From: Fistulifera solaris
Lineage: Eukaryota
DNA length: 64,000 bases
NCBI GenBank assembly: GCA_030295235.1
Contig: AP026128.1
Span: 1,240,001 to 1,304,000, forward strand
Direction of reading: 5' to 3'
Shown: in pieces, positions 57,781 to 64,000 of the stretch
Layout of the letters: each line of letters starts with the position of its first letter
Numbering within the stretch: the first letter of the stretch is position 1
Position numbers and translations under genes: made by a program
The notes under the pieces: generated by a model
The model's input: only the letters and a program-made list of their open reading frames with translations
Databases searched by the model: none
What the model was told of the DNA's origin: nothing

Positions 57781-60700
57781 ATGCGAAACGCCGATGCTCG
57801 ATGCTTGCCCTCGGTGGACGAAAAACCGGCACATAACGAAAAACTTCGGCATATTCTCTCTTTTACACGATCTGAAAAGCCAACAAGAAGGCAAATGTCT
57901 AAGTTTCTCCATTCCCAATCATCCGATGAGAAGCAAATAGCTGAAACAGAACTGACTTTCTTGACGTTATCGGCTGCTCACAATATGGAAGACAGATCAA
58001 ACGATACTTCTTTTCCCAGCGAACCAACGCTCACTTTATCTTCCACAATGTCTCCATTAAAAGTCAACCAACGAAGTTCTTGTCGAAAGAGACCGAGAAC
58101 GTTATTACTCGTAGGCGGCGGAGGTCTGTGTCTGTCGATATTGGTTGCTGGCTTACTTGTCTTGACATTGACACGAGCGAGTGACCCGCATACACAGGCA
58201 TTACCCAGCACGCTCGATTCTCGAACATTCCCTCTTGCTTCTTCGTCGTCGTCCGTCTATCACTTCAATCCGACGGATCACATTTCTCTTCTATCACACA
58301 CCACGAATCGACCACCTAATGTTCTAACATCATCGGGTGACGCGCCTTATCCGACGAGTGCTTGGTATCAAAATGTATTGCTGTTGCCGGACGACGCCGT
58401 CGCCCCGACCAGTTTGGAGCACGCGTACGCGATTCCTTACGTCGTTGATGCCGCTGGACCGATTCCCGGAATTCGAGCTTCATTCCGTCGCTCTGCAAGG
58501 CGACGAAAAGAATATTTATGCCAATTATGCGACAGCACATAGTGTCACAATGGGCAGTACATCGACGAGTGACATGAATGCACGATACCAGATCAAACAA
58601 ACCACGTCGCTGGGCGTGACACTGGAATGGACCTCCAACACAAACACTGACAATAGCATGCAAAGTCCGATTGTGCGCGGCATGCCCTACGCAACCATGA
58701 TTTATGCTGGTAACACGATACCTATGATTGCTACGGAGATTGCCATTACGTCGATTCGAGTTGACCAAAGTGATGCGTCTGTTGCGTTGGAATGTGGCAC
58801 GGCTGCTCCCTCTTTTCAGTACAAAATGAATTGGAAATATACCTAGAGGCCAGTGACGCGGCGTGGCTTATTTTTCCTTCCGATGCGGTGACAGTGAAAT
58901 GCGCAGCCGACATGCGTCTCGAATTCACCACCAATTCTCCGTCATCCCCATTCATTCTGAGGTTGGCATTATCACAAGAAGATCCATCCTCTTCTTTCAA
59001 TGATCACCTCCGTCGTCATTCGAACTGGTATCCTGGATCGCAAACTGCTGTTTCGACACGACGTTCATCGGACAGTACCGTGGAAATACAGTTTGAGTGG
59101 GATGCGCAAAGTATGCGTTCGACGAATGCCTATGGCGAAACAACAACCGCGGATGATTTGATTGTCATGGCACTTCCACATCACCAACAATACACTTCAC
59201 TACAGCAACAAGGTAGTTCTAGTTCTCTTTGCTCACCCTCCTTGTTGGGTAAGACGTGTTTTCAATCAGGTTCCAGTTGGACACTGACCGAAACAATACC
59301 ACACGTCGGTTGGCGTGCGCCACGAAGTCCATCGGCAGACGCACTGGCCGCATTGGGCCGGGCACTGCAAACGGATCTGGAATATCAAGTTTTCGAACTG
59401 TTCCGAAAGGGCGGTGGAGATACTTACTTTTCTGGGAAGCAGCTGGCAAAACTGGGACGTATTTGCCTTGTAGCGGAAGAATGGTTGGAGCTGTGCGATG
59501 ACGGTGTCATTGATTGCGAAGAAGGCCCAACAAATGCAGAACTCGACAATTCAGTTCAAGAACTGAAACAATCGGTCGAAATTTGGTTTAATGGGACTGG
59601 TCTGACACCGTTTGTGTATGATGGAGCATGGGGAGGTGTGGTCAGTTGTGGATGTCTGTTTGATGGAGGAGCTGGTTGTACCAACACATATCCCAATTGC
59701 CCCGCGCTCACTGATCCTTTATTGAATTTTGGCAACGGAATGTACAATGACCAACACTTTCACTACGGATATTTCATTTATGCAGCCTCAATCGTCGCAC
59801 ATTTCGATCCGTCATGGGGCCGCCAATATTACGACAAAACATTGTTGCTGATAAAATCGATTGCAAATGATGATCCGACAGATCCTTATTTTACCACTTT
59901 TCGACACAAGGATTGGTATTTTGGAAGCTCCTGGGCTAGTGGAATGAACCAGCCCCGTTTCTTCGCGGTCGTAACCAAGAATCGTCGAGCGAGGCGATTG
60001 CGGCATATGAAGCAGTCGCGTTGTATGGACGCACTCTTGCCGCAGCATGGTTGGAGGTCAACGATCAAGAAAAAGCACAATTTGCAGAAAGCGTAGAAAC
60101 AACTGGATTGTCTATGCTTACGACGGAAATTCGGTCAACCCAACGGTATTGGCACATTCATTCCGGTCAAAACGTTCGAATATATCCAGACTCTTACAAG
60201 CAGAATGTGGTTGGAATTGTTTGGCAACTGATGCTTGTCTTTAGTACGTGGTTTGGATCCAACACGGAATATATTTATGGTATACAGCTGTTGCCATTGA
60301 CCCCTATTGCAGAAACGAGGGATCAAAGGGGATGGCTGGAAACCATTTATCCAATTTATGCGAAAGCGTGCGCAAATGTCGTTTGTTCGACATCAGGTTG
60401 GAAGGTTTTGCAAATCGCGACACTCGCCTCGATCGGCTATCAGCAAAAAGCCATTCAAGAAGCTTCAAGACTTCCGCCAACTGCGTTCACGGATGCTGCC
60501 GGAGGCGGGCATTCTCTTTCGAATACAATCTGGTACATTGCGACGAGGCCAAAAATAGACGACCCTGTTGTCTTTGACGATATTCCCAGCTCCGATGCGA
60601 CTTTAAACTACTGCGACGCACCCTCCACGTGCACAGATTCTGTGCTCGATAACCTGGCAGACGGAATTACTTGTCGTTCACGAATCATATGGTTGATCGG

Positions 60701-61574
60701 TCAAGGGTCTTCCGTTACGCAAGCATGCGCCCAAGTGGCTGGTTCCGAATTTCCCAACGAGTGCGGCCCATGCCATCCGTCCACCGCGCCAACTCCAGCT
60801 GTTTCGATTACAAACTCTACGGGCTGCCCGCAATGCAACACCGACATATGCGATGGGGATATGAATTCGTGTCCAGTCGACCAGAGCGCACCTTTTCTTT
60901 GTACAATGGGACCCAATCTTCGTGGATGCAATGCTAGCCCCTGGCCTATCGACCAGCATTGTCTCGCATGCTGCGACCTTAGTCTTTGCGGAGGCTCATT
61001 TTCTCAACCAAGCGCTTCTTTACCAGTACCCGTACCAGCTCCGACACCGGTACTAACGCCTTCTTCACCTGCGGCGCCAAGTGCAGCTGCATCTTGTCCG
61101 AGATGTAGTACCGAGGTATGCAACGGCGAAATGAATATGTGTCCGGCAGACCAAAGTGCACCCTTTCTATGCACGCTAGGACCGAATCTCCGTGGCTGCA
61201 ACGCCAAACCATGGCCTATTGATCAGCACTGTCTTCAATGTTGCGACCTTAGTCTATGTGGGGAACCAGCTCCTGCCGAACAACCAACGAACCCCGCTCC
61301 GACGCCTTTACCACCGTCTCCGACCAACGCATCCTTCAACCCACCGGACAACGCAAGTGAAAAAGGATGCTGTTCTCGAGACTTCAAAAGGTGCACGTCG
61401 ACATGCGGAGACACGAAGGCTACGTGCGAAGCTTGCAATCTGGTGTGGCTCCCCGAAGGTGCTCGCAACAACTGTCAGGGAAGAGCTCAACGCTGTAACG
61501 CGTGGGGCACTCAATGTTGCCCGGGACTTCAATGCGTCGGGTCTCGTTTGTTTCGACGATGTAGGGCAGTCTGA
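57781..61574 (+). CDS. GH81 endo-beta-1,3-glucanase with N-terminal TM anchor and C-terminal Cys-rich modules; three frameshifts
   Basis: PYPTSAWYQN, IVRGMPYAT, DTYFSGKQLAKL, YNDQHFHYGYFIYA, RHKDWYFGSSWASG, GRNQESSSEA (shifted frame ~59970) and YGIQLLPLTP across ORFs 57781, 58337, 58792 and 60021. Confidence 0.92.
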
Positions 61575-61977
61575 ATGTTTCAATCCGTGAGGTTGCAAAA
61601 ATGAATAACGATCTCTTTAGAGAGAGAGAGAGAAACTAGATTACCCGTGTTCCATGTTTTACCATAGCGCAGTCAAAATGAATTGCGACTTTTTCACGAC
61701 TCAGCCAGTACTAGAAAAATCACTATAGCTATGCTAGTAGGCCGTTTCGCATAATGTACAGTAAGCTTACGTATCAAGAATTTTATTTATGGACACGGAG
61801 ACATAATAATTGGCACAGACAAGCGAATACATAATAATGAAGTGGACGAAGATATAGCCGCGAAGACCGCGAAAACGATGAGCGCAAAATTCAGCGCAAA
61901 TATCATTCGAAACCAAACTCGTCACACCTTTTGGTTTCATCGAGCATTACGAGGCTTCACCGTCGACAAAGGAAGAC

Positions 61978-64000
61978 ATGAAGCTAGGGCCGTACCTGAT
62001 CATATCCTTATTATTAATGTTGTCATGCAGTGCGACCGAACATCTGCGATCGAAGAAAAGAACGTCGGAAAAGGCTGTAAGGAGAAAACTCTCATCTCAT
62101 CCATCGTCGGTCGAAGAGGCAAATAATGGTTTCATAGATCGAAAAATCACTTTAATCAAAAACTGGATTGCGAATCGTGAGCGGGCTGCTGTGAGGTCAC
62201 AAACTGACAGCTCACTTCACGATATCAATGCCGGCTTGTTTGTATTCGCAAATCCTGAATTCTTCGACACGGCGGATTTTGCTGGATTGGGTGGATTACC
62301 CATTGAATCTTCTTTCGAAGCACAAAAGAACGCTTTTCTTACAAATAGCTCCGAATTTATGAGCTCTATTGAGATCTTCGAAACCATAGGTACTGACTTT
62401 GGTAACTATAATACACCTGGACTAGGAAAGTACGGACCCGATGGCGTAACCAAAACGTTTGGAGGAGACTGGGATTTTGTCCTTACCTTTCTGTCTCCAA
62501 TACTTTACCACTTCATTGACAGGACGGATGTTCTGACCACTGATATGCGTTGGGCTTTACTTCGACAGGGCACCGTCGATGGTGATGTTCCGTATTCAGG
62601 AAACTCGCTTGCTTACCTCGAAGCCAATTTGTTCTTCTTCCGATTCAAACCTCTTCTCAATGTTCGCGCCAGAATGATAGAAACCGAAAATCATATTTTG
62701 CAAATCTACACATGGAAGTATTTGATCAACAATTACGTCCGTTACATCGCCCTACTCGATCCTTCGGATGAGCGCTACGATCCACGGGTCGCTCAATTGT
62801 ACGCCAATAATCCGGATCAATACAACAACAGTCCCGAGCTGGTGGATTTGATGCTACAGATGACTGGTATCATATTATACAGAGACTTGTTTGAGACGAA
62901 CTCTAAGCCCTATGAAGCCTACTCGGTTTTACCTTTGCTGATATTGTACTCATACGTCGACAAGTTGTTCCCCGAAGACGAAAACAACCAGAAGATAAAA
63001 ACAGCCACTCAAAACGCGCTCGATTATCTGGCAGCGAAGTTCACCTTTCAAACGTTTGAAGGTAAACGAGTTGCCCCGATGCGACGGAACTGGAGTGCTC
63101 GAAAGATATTGGGTTTCTATGAAAACGATCACATACCGACAATGTTCGCAGTCCTTTCGGGTGTCAATTTCTTCCCAATGCCATCAGAGATTTTTTATCA
63201 TCGTCGAGAAGGTGTGACGATGCAGACAGCTCTGCTGGACTATAGACTGCCTGCAGAGATCCTCGATTACATGGTCGACCGCCACGACGGATTCTGGGCA
63301 AGAATGCAGTCAAGTTATTATTCGGACCACTTTCATATATCATATGATGTCAGCCTTTTCGCGAACAAACCACCTCCAGTTCCGGATCCTAGTCCAGCGA
63401 CTTTTTTCCAAAACGATGGCAGTATCTATAGGTCTGGCATCTTCCGACCACTCCCACAGGTCTATTTTGGGACCGACGACTTTCTGAACTCCGCGGGCGG
63501 TTGTGGCCAAGATTTCTTCGAATTCGAAGCCCCGCTTCGATTTCTTCCGATTGAAATACAAAAAATATCTGACTTGCGTACCATTGCCAAGCCCAACGTG
63601 CTGCTGAACAGAGGTGATTACCGATTCTACGACGATAATGTGACCCAACTGGAAGAGGATTATCTTGTCATGCGTGGCGAAGTGGATCCTTCGATGAGCA
63701 AGAACCTAAACACGTACAAAAGCTTCACCTTTGGGTATTTGAGAGGGAGCCGCGGATCCGATAAGTATAAAGAGTGGCCCATGACCGTACCTCGCGACTG
63801 GGAAAGTTCCTTGGCTCATTCCTTTTCCATCAACCGCGCAAACTTCCGCATCTATGACTTTACAAATTCAACCGAAACCCATCCCATGTCTGGCTATTAT
63901 TTGATTACCGCAAAGGTCAGTAAACTGCCGATCGGACGCGACCTTCGCACCGTGGCACGGGGCTTTTGGGAAATTGTTCCTGCGCGCATGTATGTTTCAG
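61978..64000 (+). CDS. Large secreted protein of unknown function, 3'-truncated by the window and absent from the ORF track
   Basis: Frame +1 is open from ATG 61978 to the window end (674 codons by manual translation). It begins with signal peptide MKLGPYLIISLLLMLSCSA, then RRKL. Core motifs GDWDF, IETENHIL, FETNSKPY, RVAPMRR, LNSAGG. Confidence 0.85.
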   Translation, partial: MKLGPYLIISLLLMLSCSATEHLRSKKRTSEKAVRRKLSSHPSSVEEANNGFIDRKITLIKNWIANRERAAVRSQTDSSLHDINAGLFVFANPEFFDTADFAGLGGLPIESSFEAQKNAFLTNSSEFMSSIEIFETIGTDFGNYNTPGLGKYGPDGVTKTFGGDWDFVLTFLSPILYHFIDRTDVLTTDMRWALLRQGTVDGDVPYSGNSLAYLEANLFFFRFKPLLNVRARMIETENHILQIYTWKYLINNYVRYIALLDPSDERYDPRVAQLYANNPDQYNNSPELVDLMLQMTGIILYRDLFETNSKPYEAYSVLPLLILYSYVDKLFPEDENNQKIKTATQNALDYLAAKFTFQTFEGKRVAPMRRNWSARKILGFYENDHIPTMFAVLSGVNFFPMPSEIFYHRREGVTMQTALLDYRLPAEILDYMVDRHDGFWARMQSSYYSDHFHISYDVSLFANKPPPVPDPSPATFFQNDGSIYRSGIFRPLPQVYFGTDDFLNSAGGCGQDFFEFEAPLRFLPIEIQKISDLRTIAKPNVLLNRGDYRFYDDNVTQLEEDYLVMRGEVDPSMSKNLNTYKSFTFGYLRGSRGSDKYKEWPMTVPRDWESSLAHSFSINRANFRIYDFTNSTETHPMSGYYLITAKVSKLPIGRDLRTVARGFWEIVPARMYVS

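Noticed and set aside
1..64000. Autonomous transposon, rRNA or tRNA genes
   Set aside because: No transposase, reverse transcriptase, Rep/helicase or RNA-gene signature was recognised by eye; tRNAscan and Infernal were not run.

Overview
This is a gene-dense eukaryotic window, most likely diatom nuclear DNA. The evidence is short GT-AG introns, ASAFAP-type bipartite plastid presequences on fabD, hemF and other genes, and RxL motifs after signal peptides. It holds about 29 protein genes, including TMEM131-like, TraB, MATE, DUF3506, YAF9, a GT23-like glycosyltransferase, two cyclophilins, fabD, atlastin, ICMT, an LRR protein, CSN7, a soluble adenylyl cyclase-STAND protein, TAF5, VPS26, hemF and a GH81 glucanase. 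A secreted protein of more than 670 aa runs off the 3' end and is missing from the ORF track. Many conserved genes are broken by single-base indels in homopolymers, most likely long-read assembly error. The most unusual signal is non-coding. A dyad-symmetric CCAG-N5-CTGG element forms two phased arrays, one with a 52-bp period at about 8.55-9.07 kb and one with a 68-bp period ending in a 27-bp hairpin at about 14.4-15.0 kb, and it also occurs as isolated copies upstream of other genes. A second palindrome, GACTG-N5-CAGTC, recurs upstream of several genes and inside two tandemly amplified ~200-230 bp intergenic modules. All family assignments come from motif recognition, not database searches.
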